From the sequence record NC_007637.1: DNA of 45,251 bases. One strand, 5' to 3'. This stretch comes from Escherichia phage K1E. Of this stretch, positions 7,407 to 16,493 are shown piece by piece. Made by a program: the position numbers and the translations under genes. How positions within the stretch are numbered: the stretch's first letter is position 1; the number at the start of each line of letters is the position of its first letter. The notes beneath the pieces are model-generated. The model saw nothing but the letters and a program-made list of their open reading frames with translations, ran no database searches and had not been told where the DNA came from.

Positions 7407-9394
7407 TGGCTATTATTAATAACATCCCGTGTCCTGCTTGTCAGAAGAATGGACACGATAAATCCGGCAACCACCTCATGATATTTGATGATGGTGCTGG
7501 CTATTGCAACCGTGGTCACTTCCATGATAATGGCAAGCCCTACTATCACAAGCCAGAGGGTGGCATCGAGATAACCGAATTGCCTATTACTGGCAATATC
7601 AAATATACACCTTCTCAATTCAAAGAGATGGAGAAGGAAGGGAAGATAAGCGACCCTAAGTTGCGCGCCATCGCACTTGGTGGTATGCGTATGAAAGACC
7701 GTTGGGAGGTCATGAATGAGCAAGAAAGGGCAGACCAAGAAGCAGAGTGGAAACTTGATGTTGAATGGTTCCTCACGCTTAAGCGTAAGAACCTTGTGTC
7801 CCGTCACATTCGAGGTGACATCGCAGCAATGTACGATGTGCGCGTTGGACACGATGAAGAGGGAAGAGTCAACCGTCACTATTATCCACGATATGAAAAG
7901 GGTGTGCTTGTTGGAGCAAAATGCCGGACGTTGCCGAAGGATTTTAAGTTCGGACACCTAGGTAAACTCTTTGGTATGCAAGACCTTTTCGGTATGAATA
8001 CTTTGTCTCACGTGTTAGACAAGGGAAGACGAAAGGATTGCTTGCTTATTGTGGGCGGCGAACTGGATGCACTAGCAGCACAGCAAATGCTCCTTGATTC
8101 TGCCAAGGGTACTAAGTGGGAAGGCCAGCCTTACCATGTATGGTCTGCCAATAAAGGTGAGTCTTGCCTTGAAGAGATAGTGCAAAACCGTGAGCACATA
8201 GCCCAATTCAAGAAGATTATATGGGGCTTTGATGGCGACGAGGTGGGGCAGAAGCAGAACCAACAAGCTGCTCGCCTGTTTCCTGGCAAATCCTACATCC
8301 TCGAATATCCCTCTGGTTGCAAAGATGCTAACAAGGCATTGATGGCTGGCAAGGCTAAAGAGTTTGTTGATGCTTGGTTTAATGCCAAGTCATCTGATGA
8401 AGTCTTTGGTAGCCAGATTAAATCTATCGCATCTCAAAGGGATAAGCTCAAGGCTGCACGTCCAGAGCAAGGACTATCATGGCCTTGGCCTAAGCTGAAC
8501 AAGGTAACGCTAGGTATTCGTAAGAACCAGCTTATCATTGTAGGTGCAGGCTCTGGTGTAGGTAAGACTGAGTTCCTTCGTGAAGTAGTTAAGCACCTCA
8601 TTGAAGAACACGGTGAATCTGTAGGCATCATTTCTACAGAAGACCCGATGGTCAAGGTGTCCCGTGCTTTTATCGGCAAGTGGATTGATAAGCGTATTGA
8701 GTTACCGCCAACCAACGACCCGAAAGAAGACGGATACCGTGAGGTGTTCGACTACACCGAGGAAGAAGCTAACGCTGCCATTGATTATGTGGCTGATACA
8801 GGAAAGTTATTTGTGGCTGACCTAGAAGGCGACTATTCTATGGAGAAGGTAGAGCAAACTTGCCTAGAGTTTGAGGCTATGGGCATTTCTAATATCATCA
8901 TTGATAACTTAACGGGGATTAAATTAGATGAGCGTGCTTTTGGTGGGAAGGTTGGTGCACTTGATGAATGCGTCAAACGAATTGGTACTATCAAAGACCG
9001 ACATGCGGTTACGATTTTCCTTGTCTCTCACCTTACACGTCCTCCGGCAAACCGTACCCAACACGAAGAAGGTGGCGAAGTTATCCTTTCTGACTTCCGA
9101 GGCTCAGGCGCTATCGGATTCTGGGCATCTTACGCCTTGGGGATTGAGCGTAATACAAGAGCTGAAACGCTTGACGAAAGGACTACCACGTACATCTCAT
9201 GTGTCAAAGACCGCGACCAAGGTATCTGGACTGGAACCAAGGTCATGCTTAAGGGTGACATTCAAACCGGACGTTTAATGGAACCACAAGCCCGTACTAA
9301 GTCATTTGATACAGGTGAAGCAAGGCAACAAGAAGTGCCGGATTTACCGGACACTATAGAAGAGACAACCTTTGACGATGAACAGGAGTTTTAA
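7406..9394 (+). CDS. DNA primase/helicase (T7 gp4-like, 662 aa)
   Basis: N-terminal Cys4 zinc ribbon (CPACQKNGHD...CNRGH), Walker A GAGSGVGKTEF, acidic C-terminus ...FDDEQEF ending in Phe as in T7 gp4. Confidence 0.9.
   Translation: MAIINNIPCPACQKNGHDKSGNHLMIFDDGAGYCNRGHFHDNGKPYYHKPEGGIEITELPITGNIKYTPSQFKEMEKEGKISDPKLRAIALGGMRMKDRWEVMNEQERADQEAEWKLDVEWFLTLKRKNLVSRHIRGDIAAMYDVRVGHDEEGRVNRHYYPRYEKGVLVGAKCRTLPKDFKFGHLGKLFGMQDLFGMNTLSHVLDKGRRKDCLLIVGGELDALAAQQMLLDSAKGTKWEGQPYHVWSANKGESCLEEIVQNREHIAQFKKIIWGFDGDEVGQKQNQQAARLFPGKSYILEYPSGCKDANKALMAGKAKEFVDAWFNAKSSDEVFGSQIKSIASQRDKLKAARPEQGLSWPWPKLNKVTLGIRKNQLIIVGAGSGVGKTEFLREVVKHLIEEHGESVGIISTEDPMVKVSRAFIGKWIDKRIELPPTNDPKEDGYREVFDYTEEEANAAIDYVADTGKLFVADLEGDYSMEKVEQTCLEFEAMGISNIIIDNLTGIKLDERAFGGKVGALDECVKRIGTIKDRHAVTIFLVSHLTRPPANRTQHEEGGEVILSDFRGSGAIGFWASYALGIERNTRAETLDERTTTYISCVKDRDQGIWTGTKVMLKGDIQTGRLMEPQARTKSFDTGEARQQEVPDLPDTIEETTFDDEQEF
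9342..9364 (+). promoter_or_regulatory. SP6-type phage promoter inside the 3' end of the primase/helicase gene (+1 G at 9359)
   Basis: ATTTACCGGACACTATAGAAGAG; perfect core. Confidence 0.7.
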
Positions 9395-9555
9395 TGGAAA
9401 TTATTAAACCAGTATTGAATATCGGTATTGAGATCCTATTCATGCTTGTGATCGCAGATTATGCTGCACGATATGGATTCAAGAAAGCTGTGAAACTTAT
9501 CGTTGCATCTGGTTTTCTTATGTCAATGTTCTTTATTGTAACACGCCTTATCTAG
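9394..9555 (+). CDS. Hypothetical small membrane protein (53 aa)
   Basis: ATG overlaps the primase stop (TAATG); AGGAG 5 nt upstream; two hydrophobic segments; found by manual translation. Confidence 0.45.
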   Translation: MEIIKPVLNIGIEILFMLVIADYAARYGFKKAVKLIVASGFLMSMFFIVTRLI

Positions 9556-9566
9556 TGTATTTATCA

Positions 9567-9594
9567 GGGCTTGTCTCACATGTGAGACAGGCTC
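9567..9594 (+). terminator. Palindromic hairpin (core GTCTCACATGTGAGAC, 9573..9588) with U-rich tail; terminator-like
   Basis: gggcttgtctcacatgtgagacaggctc followed by ttatta. Confidence 0.5.
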
Positions 9595-9627
9595 TTATTA
9601 AGTACATTAAATAACTGGAGATTGATT

Positions 9628-10311
9628 ATGTATAGATTAGTATTGAATGTAGGTGATTATGTTCGTAACATCAATGAAGCCTCACGTCGTTATCGTTGCC
9701 GTGGTGTAGTGGCTCGTGTAAGTGAGAACATGTATCATGTAGAATATGAGGATGGTATTAAGGCTTCTTACCACAAGAAAACAGCACATAAATATCTTGA
9801 AAAGATTGTAGAGATAAACAATCAATGTAAGTGCATACATGATGAGGTTTGCGATAAATGTGCTCGCCAGATGCTTAAGAATTTCCTAGCTCCTCTTTAT
9901 TATGGTGCTGGTCCTCAAACACTAGCAGAGTACATGGCAGAAAAGAAAACCACACTCAAGAAAGAGCGTCGCAATGTAATCACTGGTAAGACTCAAAGTG
10001 AAATGATTAAGCAATGTGGCACTGCATTAGGTGTTACACAGTTCAATACTCGTGCATTGGGTAAATCCACAGGGCAAGCTATGGTGAAAATTGGTGAAGC
10101 TATGATGCACCCAAATGTGCCTGTGCGAATCTTGGATGTTGACCATGCAATCACAGAGCATGGCACACCACGGCGTGTAGCTAATAATCATTTCGCCGAC
10201 ACTATAGAAGGTATTATTCGTAAGCAAGGGTTGAAGGGTCTTCACATCTTAAATGGTGAAGAATTACTGTACCTACCTATCGTTACTGAAGAAACCTACG
10301 TGAATATCTAA
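9628..10311 (+). CDS. Hypothetical protein (227 aa)
   Basis: Track ORF starts at TTG 9622; first ATG is 9628 with GGAG upstream. Confidence 0.55.
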   Translation: MYRLVLNVGDYVRNINEASRRYRCRGVVARVSENMYHVEYEDGIKASYHKKTAHKYLEKIVEINNQCKCIHDEVCDKCARQMLKNFLAPLYYGAGPQTLAEYMAEKKTTLKKERRNVITGKTQSEMIKQCGTALGVTQFNTRALGKSTGQAMVKIGEAMMHPNVPVRILDVDHAITEHGTPRRVANNHFADTIEGIIRKQGLKGLHILNGEELLYLPIVTEETYVNI

Positions 10312-10321
10312 GGAGTTAATC

Positions 10322-10540
10322 ATGACTAAGGTATTAATTTATATGCGTGGACCTCATAAATGCTATGCAGTTGTAGCACCAGATGGTGTCAAGACATATG
10401 GTACTTCAAAGGGGTTTGCATTAATAGGTGCCAGTCTTAGTGCAAGTTTTCAGATGGAACTTTTCGGTCATTGGACTGAAAAAGAGTTCCGTGAGGAGTT
10501 TAATGTAATCGGCAGCTTTATGGTGAAACATGCAAAATAA
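10322..10540 (+). CDS. Hypothetical protein (72 aa)
   Basis: ATG with AGGAG upstream. Confidence 0.5.
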   Translation: MTKVLIYMRGPHKCYAVVAPDGVKTYGTSKGFALIGASLSASFQMELFGHWTEKEFREEFNVIGSFMVKHAK

Positions 10541-10739
10541 ACACAGTCTTAAGATGTTTGATGGTCACGAAGACCTGCAAGCACAAATTACTAACCAAGC
10601 CTTCCTGTTTGCACAGTTAACTATGGCTGAAGCAAAGAAGAATAGCCTGACGCGCGAGCAAGTTATCAAAGAGGCAACTTGGGAGCCACACCAAGGCAAA
10701 TACATGGGCCAGAAATTAACTGTAACACGCAGTCGATAA
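10530..10739 (+). CDS. Hypothetical protein (69 aa)
   Basis: Track ORF overlapping the upstream stop; start uncertain (alternative ATG at 10554). Confidence 0.4.
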   Translation: MQNKHSLKMFDGHEDLQAQITNQAFLFAQLTMAEAKKNSLTREQVIKEATWEPHQGKYMGQKLTVTRSR

Positions 10740-10746
10740 GTAAAGG

Positions 10747-10768
10747 GTTGTCTCACACGTGAGACAGC
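10747..10768 (+). terminator. Palindromic hairpin variant GTCTCACACGTGAGAC (10750..10765); terminator-like
   Basis: ggttgtctcacacgtgagacagcc followed by tttcatc; same arms as the other copies with a different central dinucleotide. Confidence 0.45.
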
Positions 10769-10796
10769 CTTTCATCATATTGATTGGAGGTGCATT

Positions 10797-10904
10797 ATGC
10801 CACGTGATTATGATTCTGATTGGGATTTCCAAGATTCAATGAACTCAAAACCTGAACGTTCAGATGACTACTACGAAACAGAGGCAATGTATGAAAGCTA
10901 TTAA
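10797..10904 (+). CDS. Hypothetical small acidic protein (35 aa)
   Basis: ATG 10797 with GGAGG 7 nt upstream; found by manual translation. Confidence 0.35.
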   Translation: MPRDYDSDWDFQDSMNSKPERSDDYYETEAMYESY

Positions 10905-11109
10905 AGTCAGTAAGGTTTGCTCTTGCGGTAAAGGTTATCGCAGTCGTATTGATGGTAAGTGTGGGCATTGCAGGTCTAAGAAAGAGGCTGCTTTGTTTGA
11001 TAAGTACCACAATGAATTAGCATATAACTATCCTCATCTAACACCTAATTCTTTATTAGGACTTGGTTATAGGGTTAAATACTTTGGAGCAATCTATGAA
11101 ATCAATTGA
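10891..11109 (+). CDS. Hypothetical Cys-rich (zinc-ribbon-like) protein (72 aa)
   Basis: Track ORF trimmed to ATG 10891 (GAGG 6 nt upstream); CSCGKGYRSRIDGKCGHC. Confidence 0.45.
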   Translation: MKAIKVSKVCSCGKGYRSRIDGKCGHCRSKKEAALFDKYHNELAYNYPHLTPNSLLGLGYRVKYFGAIYEIN

Positions 11110-13642
11110 TTGGAAGAAGGAAGCAGAAGGCCGCATCTTAGTGATGGATTCTGAGGCTAAAGGCCTGCTGGATGCTATCCGATATGGCCACCGCGAAGAT
11201 GTGCACATCATTTGCTGCATGGATTTGCTTACTACAGAGGAGTTCCTCTTCTTTGACCCATACGAGATGCGTGACCCTGAAGCAAGAGAACGCCTAAAAG
11301 AATGGGAAGGCCATCAAGATGGAACATTGGTTGACGGTGTTAACTTCCTTAAACACTGCGAAGCCATCGTCTCACAGAACTTCCTAGGGTACGACGGCCT
11401 TCTATTTGAGAAAGCATTCCCTGATATCTGGAAAGGCTTTAACTATACCGAGAGACGCGGCAAGGGCAGACTCCGCGCTGACCTGTGTCCGGTACGCGTC
11501 ATGGATACGCTGGTCATGAGTCGCCTGTTAAACCCCGATAGACGCCTCCCTCCGCAAGCATACGCCAAAGGCATGGGTAACGTAGCCCCTCACTCAATTG
11601 AGGCGCACGGCATTCGTATAGGCCGTTATAAGCCGGAGAACGAGGATTGGTCTAAACTAACTGACCACATGGTACATCGTGTACGCGAGGACGTGGCGAT
11701 AGGCCGTGACCTATTCCTCTGGCTATTTAACGGAGAATGGACGGAGCACAAACGCCGTGGCGTGAATAAACGCACTGGCCTAGGTATTGAGACAGCCTTC
11801 CACATGGAGTCCATTGTGGCGCTGGAGATGAGCCGTCAGGCCGAGCGTGGATTCCGTCTGGATATAGATAAAGCATTAGCACGATGCGAGGAATTGGACG
11901 CTAAGATTGATGAGACAGTCGCAGCGTTCCGTCCGCACATGCCTATGCGTATCAAGTCTAAACCTTTTAAACCGGAAGAAAAGAATGAAGTATGCCAACG
12001 CGCAAATGAGTATGGAGCTAGCAACAATATACCTACTGTCCTTGACCCCTCTCACTTTCTTCACGCAGAGAGACGAGGAGATCGCAAGACAGTATGGAGT
12101 GTCACTACTAAGTCTGGTGATTGGTCGGCTAGCGTCAAGAAAGACTTTCCTCACCTTAGAGGAAACCGTAATGACACGCCAAGCATCAAGTGGATTGGCG
12201 CTTACTCGCCTGTTACTTTCGAAGAGATTCCCTTGGGTAACAGGGATACAGTTAAGCAAGTGCTCTATGATTATGGATGGAAAGGTGTTGAATTTAACGA
12301 TACCGAGCAAGCGCATCTCGATGAGCATGGCGTATTACCCAAGCCTTGGAGTGGGAAGATAAATGAAAAGTCCCTTACTTTATGGCAAGAGAGAGCCGCA
12401 CGTGAAGGTAAAACAGTCCCTGATTGGTGCTTGGGTATCGCTGCATGGTACATACTCGTATCCCGTCGTGGTCAGATCCTCAACCGTGGTGACGTTGAAG
12501 CCTTCGACCAGAAGGGGGTGTGGCCTTCGCAAGCTGGTATACGAAAGTGTCGCGGCCTTGTACCTGTAGCATTTAACAAGGAGTTAGGAATCAATGCGCA
12601 GCAATACTACGAAAGGTACGGATGCTGGCCTACGTCAGACAAGGATGACGGAGAATGGCGTGTGCCAGCTATTGCTATTAGTATTGGAACTTCTACGTTC
12701 CGTATGCGTCATCGTAACGTGGTTAATATTCCTGCCCGTGGTTTGTATCCTTTACGTGATTTATTCATAGCCGGTAAAGGTAAGCTAATCCTTGGTTGTG
12801 ATGGTGCTGGTCTTGAACTACGTGTACTGTCTCACTTCATGAATGACCCTGAATATCAAGATATTGTACTGCATGGTGACATTCACACCCATAATCAAAT
12901 GAAGGCTGGTCTTCCTAAGCGTGACATGGCGAAGACATTTATATATGCCTTCCTATATGGGTCTGGTATAGCTAACCTTGCAGCAGTATGTGGTGTTACT
13001 GAGGAAGAAATGGAGGAAGTTGTGGCAAGATTTGAGGTTGAACTACCATCTCTTGCACGTCTTCGTGAGAATGTTATCGCACAAGGTAACAAGTTTGGCT
13101 ACCTACAAGCACCTGATGGTCATTGGGGTCGCATCCGTATGTCTGGTGGTGAACTTAAAGAGCACACTATGCTTAACGTACTACTCCAGATGACTGGTTC
13201 TCTGTGTATGAAATACGCATTGGTCAGAGCGTTTGCAGTGATGCGCAAGGAAGGTGTGGCCTTAGATAGCATGGGAAACCCTTGCGGTATAGCTAACGTG
13301 CACGATGAAATCCAGATGGAAGTCCCTGAAGATGAGGTCTTGTATCTCAACTACGACTTGCCTTTCACCTTAGAAGGGTTCGAAACAGAGAAGGCTGCTG
13401 TGAAAGCAGTGTTCGATGCAGAGGAGAAACGTGTTCATGTGGATTCTGAAGGACGTATGTGGTCTGCTGCAAATCTCGTTAGCGTTGATGCTGATGCTGG
13501 TGTACTTCATTGCCAGCGTCGCTATCACCGTGCAGGGCATATCATTGCCGACGCAATGACTTGGGCGGGTCAGTATCTGAAGATGCGTTGTCCGATGGCA
13601 GGTGAGTATAAGATTGGTGCAAGTTGGAAGGAAACACACTGA
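11096..13642 (+). CDS. DNA polymerase, family A (848 aa)
   Basis: Track ORF trimmed to ATG 11096 (GGAG upstream). Exonuclease motif VMDSEAKG, motif A CDGAGLELRVL, motif B RDMAKTFIYAFLYG, motif C VHDEIQ. Confidence 0.9.
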   Translation: MKSIDWKKEAEGRILVMDSEAKGLLDAIRYGHREDVHIICCMDLLTTEEFLFFDPYEMRDPEARERLKEWEGHQDGTLVDGVNFLKHCEAIVSQNFLGYDGLLFEKAFPDIWKGFNYTERRGKGRLRADLCPVRVMDTLVMSRLLNPDRRLPPQAYAKGMGNVAPHSIEAHGIRIGRYKPENEDWSKLTDHMVHRVREDVAIGRDLFLWLFNGEWTEHKRRGVNKRTGLGIETAFHMESIVALEMSRQAERGFRLDIDKALARCEELDAKIDETVAAFRPHMPMRIKSKPFKPEEKNEVCQRANEYGASNNIPTVLDPSHFLHAERRGDRKTVWSVTTKSGDWSASVKKDFPHLRGNRNDTPSIKWIGAYSPVTFEEIPLGNRDTVKQVLYDYGWKGVEFNDTEQAHLDEHGVLPKPWSGKINEKSLTLWQERAAREGKTVPDWCLGIAAWYILVSRRGQILNRGDVEAFDQKGVWPSQAGIRKCRGLVPVAFNKELGINAQQYYERYGCWPTSDKDDGEWRVPAIAISIGTSTFRMRHRNVVNIPARGLYPLRDLFIAGKGKLILGCDGAGLELRVLSHFMNDPEYQDIVLHGDIHTHNQMKAGLPKRDMAKTFIYAFLYGSGIANLAAVCGVTEEEMEEVVARFEVELPSLARLRENVIAQGNKFGYLQAPDGHWGRIRMSGGELKEHTMLNVLLQMTGSLCMKYALVRAFAVMRKEGVALDSMGNPCGIANVHDEIQMEVPEDEVLYLNYDLPFTLEGFETEKAAVKAVFDAEEKRVHVDSEGRMWSAANLVSVDADAGVLHCQRRYHRAGHIIADAMTWAGQYLKMRCPMAGEYKIGASWKETH

Positions 13643-13758
13643 TGGACAGGTTTGATATTGTTTGCCTATTCTCCACCTTCTTTCTTATATTCCTTATGCT
13701 TGCTTGCTATGGAAGTATGCGATTAGATATACCTGATGAAGAGGAGGGTTACGATTGA
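13642..13758 (+). CDS. Hypothetical small hydrophobic protein (38 aa)
   Basis: ATG overlaps the polymerase stop (TGATG); found by manual translation. Confidence 0.3.
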   Translation: MDRFDIVCLFSTFFLIFLMLACYGSMRLDIPDEEEGYD

Positions 13759-13856
13759 TGCAGGCATCTTTTATTATTCTTGGAGTCATATTATTTATGG
13801 TAGTATTCTGGGCTTTCTCTGGCATTGACCCAGATTGTGATGGTAACTACGACTGA
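13758..13856 (+). CDS. Hypothetical small hydrophobic protein (32 aa)
   Basis: ATG overlaps the upstream stop (TGATG); GAGGAGG upstream; found by manual translation. Confidence 0.3.
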   Translation: MQASFIILGVILFMVVFWAFSGIDPDCDGNYD

Positions 13857-13866
13857 GTTATACTCA

Positions 13867-13891
13867 AGGTCACTTACGAGTGGCCTTTATG
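13867..13891 (+). terminator. Candidate hairpin terminator
   Basis: aggtcact-tacg-agtggcct (8-bp stem with one G-U pair) followed by tttatgaataa. Confidence 0.3.
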
Positions 13892-13924
13892 AATAACTTA
13901 TTCCTACTTATTTTGTCTAACATG

Positions 13925-13947
13925 ATTTACTGGACACTATAGAAGGA
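13925..13947 (+). promoter_or_regulatory. SP6-type phage promoter (+1 G at 13942)
   Basis: ATTTACTGGACACTATAGAAGGA; followed by an AT-rich leader with CTAGGT repeats. Confidence 0.8.
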
Positions 13948-14011
13948 AAGCCTAGGTAATCTAGGTTTATAAGGTAGTATAGGTAATTAAATAAATATAG
14001 GAGATATAAAT

Positions 14012-14389
14012 ATGTCTATGGTAACTACTCTGGTATTCGTGGCTCAATACTTTCGTGGTCTTGCTAATAAGTTCAAGTCCAAGGCTATCAAAGCTATTGA
14101 GGCTCGCATCGAAGCAGTACAGGCAGAGCAAGTTAAAGTTGAAGAACATCGTAGTTCTCAAATGATTGACTGTCATAACCGCTACTATGCATCTCGTGAT
14201 GAACTAAATGCACGTCAAGTCAAAGAGGTAGAAGATATGCTGGCACGTCACCAGCAAGAGCGTGACAGCCTGAAAGCTGAATTTGAAGAGAACAAGGCAT
14301 CAATTGCTCTTGTAAATCAAGCTGCATCTGACAGCCTGAAGAAAGAGATTGTTATGCTGGAAATAGAACTGGACAACTTGACTAAATAA
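14012..14389 (+). CDS. Hypothetical protein, probable coiled coil (125 aa)
   Basis: ATG with TAGGAGA upstream; heptad-like charged sequence. Confidence 0.55.
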   Translation: MSMVTTLVFVAQYFRGLANKFKSKAIKAIEARIEAVQAEQVKVEEHRSSQMIDCHNRYYASRDELNARQVKEVEDMLARHQQERDSLKAEFEENKASIALVNQAASDSLKKEIVMLEIELDNLTK

Positions 14390-14395
14390 GGAGTT

Positions 14396-14695
14396 ATGAT
14401 GGAAGAAGTGATTCAAGCTAAACATGTAGGTATCATCTTTCGTGACCTAGAGCAGCGTAAAGTTGCAGGTCACACTCGTCTGGCTAAAGAAGACGATACA
14501 GCAATCACTACTGTGGAACAAGCAGATGCCTATCGTGGTCCAGAGTTTACTCAAGGTGAAACTTGTCATCAATTGAGCCTTTCACTTTGTGACACTATGG
14601 CTAGTGTAAATGTACAAGAGGTTGAAGATGGTGAATGTGTTAGTTATGTCTACCCTCTCGATACTATTGCACGTATTAAGGTAGTTCATAAGTAA
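14396..14695 (+). CDS. Hypothetical protein (99 aa)
   Basis: ATG with AAGGAG upstream. Confidence 0.55.
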   Translation: MMEEVIQAKHVGIIFRDLEQRKVAGHTRLAKEDDTAITTVEQADAYRGPEFTQGETCHQLSLSLCDTMASVNVQEVEDGECVSYVYPLDTIARIKVVHK

Positions 14696-14716
14696 TTACT
14701 GGACACTATAGAACAA
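14694..14716 (+). promoter_or_regulatory. SP6-type phage promoter (+1 G at 14711)
   Basis: AATTACTGGACACTATAGAACAA; overlaps the upstream stop codon. Confidence 0.7.
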
Positions 14717-14864
14717 TAGGTCGGCTTAGTTCGGCCTATGATTGTAAAGTGTCGTTGATGTTGAACCATTGTGCACCTTGCACAACCCGATACCGTATCG
14801 GGCTTTCTAGTGAGCACATGCTTGTGCTCAGTACAAAGCTAACTGACAATAGGAGACTAAATAA

Positions 14865-15671
14865 ATGGCACGTGGTGATTTCGATTTTGGTGCTTCCGTA
14901 TCTAAAGCTGAAGGTAAAGTCTTTAAGAATCCAGAAGTAGGTGATCATGAAGCAGTAATCTCTGGCATCATTCATGTTGGTTCCTTCCAAGACATCTTTA
15001 AGAAAGGTAATACCACTGAAGTTAAGAAGCCAGCAAACTTTGTTCTGGTTAAGATTGTCCTGATGGGTGACGATGACAAGAACGAAGATGGTTCTCGCAT
15101 GGAACAATGGATGGCTGTGCCTCTGAAGTCTGGTGATAAGGCAACACTGACTAAGTTCCTGAATGCAGTTGACCCTAAAGAGTTGCTGGGTGGCTTCGAT
15201 GATTTTATCGGTGAATGTCTGACTGCAACTATGGTTGGCTCTGGCGACAAGAATGATGATGGTACTTTCAAGTATGTTAACTGGAAAGGCTTTGGCGGTA
15301 TGCCTGATAAGTTGAAGAAGCTTGTACTGGCTCAGGTAGAAGAGGAAGGTCTGTCTATGACAGGTCATATCACCTTCGACAAGCTGACCAAAGAAATCAT
15401 TGATGACATCCCAGCTAACTTGGTACGTCAATACTTCCTGAACGAGACACCTCGTGGTAAGAACCTGTCTGTTGCTGGCTCTCACGTAGAAGCTATTATC
15501 AAAGCTGCTCGTGAAGAAGACCCTGAATGGAAGAAGGCTAAGAAGAAAGACGAGGAAGATGCTACCCCAGCTAATCGTAAATCTCTGGATACTGGTGAGT
15601 CTGTTCCGCAGGAAGTACCTGAAGCAGAAGATACGCCTGCACCGGAGATGGATGAGGACGCGGAATATTAA
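14865..15671 (+). CDS. Hypothetical replication-associated protein with acidic C-terminal tail (268 aa); candidate ssDNA-binding protein
   Basis: AGGAGA RBS; C-terminus ...PEMDEDAEY (acidic, aromatic last residue) resembles the DNA-polymerase-binding tails of T7 gp2.5 and gp4. N-terminal DFDFGASVS motif is shared with the exonuclease. Confidence 0.4.
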   Translation: MARGDFDFGASVSKAEGKVFKNPEVGDHEAVISGIIHVGSFQDIFKKGNTTEVKKPANFVLVKIVLMGDDDKNEDGSRMEQWMAVPLKSGDKATLTKFLNAVDPKELLGGFDDFIGECLTATMVGSGDKNDDGTFKYVNWKGFGGMPDKLKKLVLAQVEEEGLSMTGHITFDKLTKEIIDDIPANLVRQYFLNETPRGKNLSVAGSHVEAIIKAAREEDPEWKKAKKKDEEDATPANRKSLDTGESVPQEVPEAEDTPAPEMDEDAEY

Positions 15672-15680
15672 GGAGAACGG

Positions 15681-15899
15681 ATGAAAGTACAAATCGTAAC
15701 TCTGCATTGCAAGAAAGGAATCACCACACTTGGCGGCAATACTTTTCACTCCTTCTCTGAAGGGGAGACATACGCCGACCTTCACTATATCTGGCGTGAC
15801 GGGCAGCACGTGGTGAACTACAGCGACCCTGCGACTGGTAAACGCCACGGCGTGTCGCTTCCGGCGCACGACATTGCTCAGGTGAACACAGTTTTATAA
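15681..15899 (+). CDS. Hypothetical protein (72 aa)
   Basis: ATG with AGGAGA upstream. Confidence 0.5.
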   Translation: MKVQIVTLHCKKGITTLGGNTFHSFSEGETYADLHYIWRDGQHVVNYSDPATGKRHGVSLPAHDIAQVNTVL

Positions 15900-15900
15900 A

Positions 15901-15916
15901 GTCTCACGTGTGAGAC
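15901..15916. repeat. Palindromic hairpin variant GTCTCACGTGTGAGAC
   Basis: Reverse complement of the 10750 variant; lies immediately upstream of the promoter at 15932. Confidence 0.6.
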
Positions 15917-15931
15917 AAATCGGTGTCCGGT

Positions 15932-15954
15932 ATTTACTGGACACTATAGAAGAG
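15932..15954 (+). promoter_or_regulatory. SP6-type phage promoter (+1 G at 15949)
   Basis: ATTTACTGGACACTATAGAAGAG; perfect core. Confidence 0.8.
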
Positions 15955-16004
15955 AAGAATTTTAATCGGCGATAATGCCATAACCAACAAAAGGAGAATT
16001 TAAT

Positions 16005-16376
16005 ATGTTCAAGATTGAAACTATCGTAAACCGTGTTGTTAAAGGTGCTGCTCTGGTATCCGTTGAGTCTTTCATTATCGTCGATGAAGCTGATCAACTG
16101 GTAGCTGGTACTAAGGCTTACGATACCCGTGAAGAAGCTCAGGCTAAGATTGACAGCATGGGTAACTTCGCTGCTGGTCTGGAGTTTGCTCGTGCTTGCT
16201 TCCCTGAGCAGGCTGACAAAGCCCAGATCGGTAAGGCTAACATCGTAGCTGAATATCTGGATTGGATTGCTGCTGGTAAACCAGTGAAAGAAGTTAAAGC
16301 TGCTGAAGAAGCTGAAGCTCCGGCAGTAGAAGTGTCTGCACCGGAAGCTCCGGTTAGCGAAGAGGAAGAGTTTTGA
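16005..16376 (+). CDS. Abundant small protein with acidic C-terminal tail ending in Phe (123 aa); candidate ssDNA-binding or polymerase accessory protein
   Basis: Strong RBS AAAGGAGA; codon usage typical of a highly expressed gene; C-terminus ...APVSEEEEF. Confidence 0.4.
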   Translation: MFKIETIVNRVVKGAALVSVESFIIVDEADQLVAGTKAYDTREEAQAKIDSMGNFAAGLEFARACFPEQADKAQIGKANIVAEYLDWIAAGKPVKEVKAAEEAEAPAVEVSAPEAPVSEEEEF

Positions 16377-16434
16377 TAATAGCAGGTGTAGCCTCTGTTA
16401 GTCCTAGTTGACTATCACGCTCACCTCATCTAAT

Positions 16435-16470
16435 GCCCTGTCTGCCTTAGTGTAGGCAGGGTCTTTTGCG
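16435..16470 (+). terminator. Candidate hairpin terminator
   Basis: ctgcct-tagtgt-aggcag stem-loop in a GC-rich context, followed by ggtcttttg. Confidence 0.35.
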
Positions 16471-16493
16471 TAATAGTTATTGGAGAATGAATT

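Noticed and set aside
7403-7957. 184-aa ORF on the - strand
   Set aside because: Antisense to the primase/helicase gene, with no translation signals.
10195-10217. Promoter-like sequence CGCCGACACTATAGAAGG inside coding sequence
   Set aside because: Core and start match, but there are three mismatches in the specificity region (-13 to -9); probably not a functional promoter.
14736-15869. 377-aa ORF on the - strand
   Set aside because: It is antisense to two well-supported + strand genes, has no promoter or RBS in that orientation, and every recognisable gene in this genome is on the + strand; most likely open by chance from codon bias.
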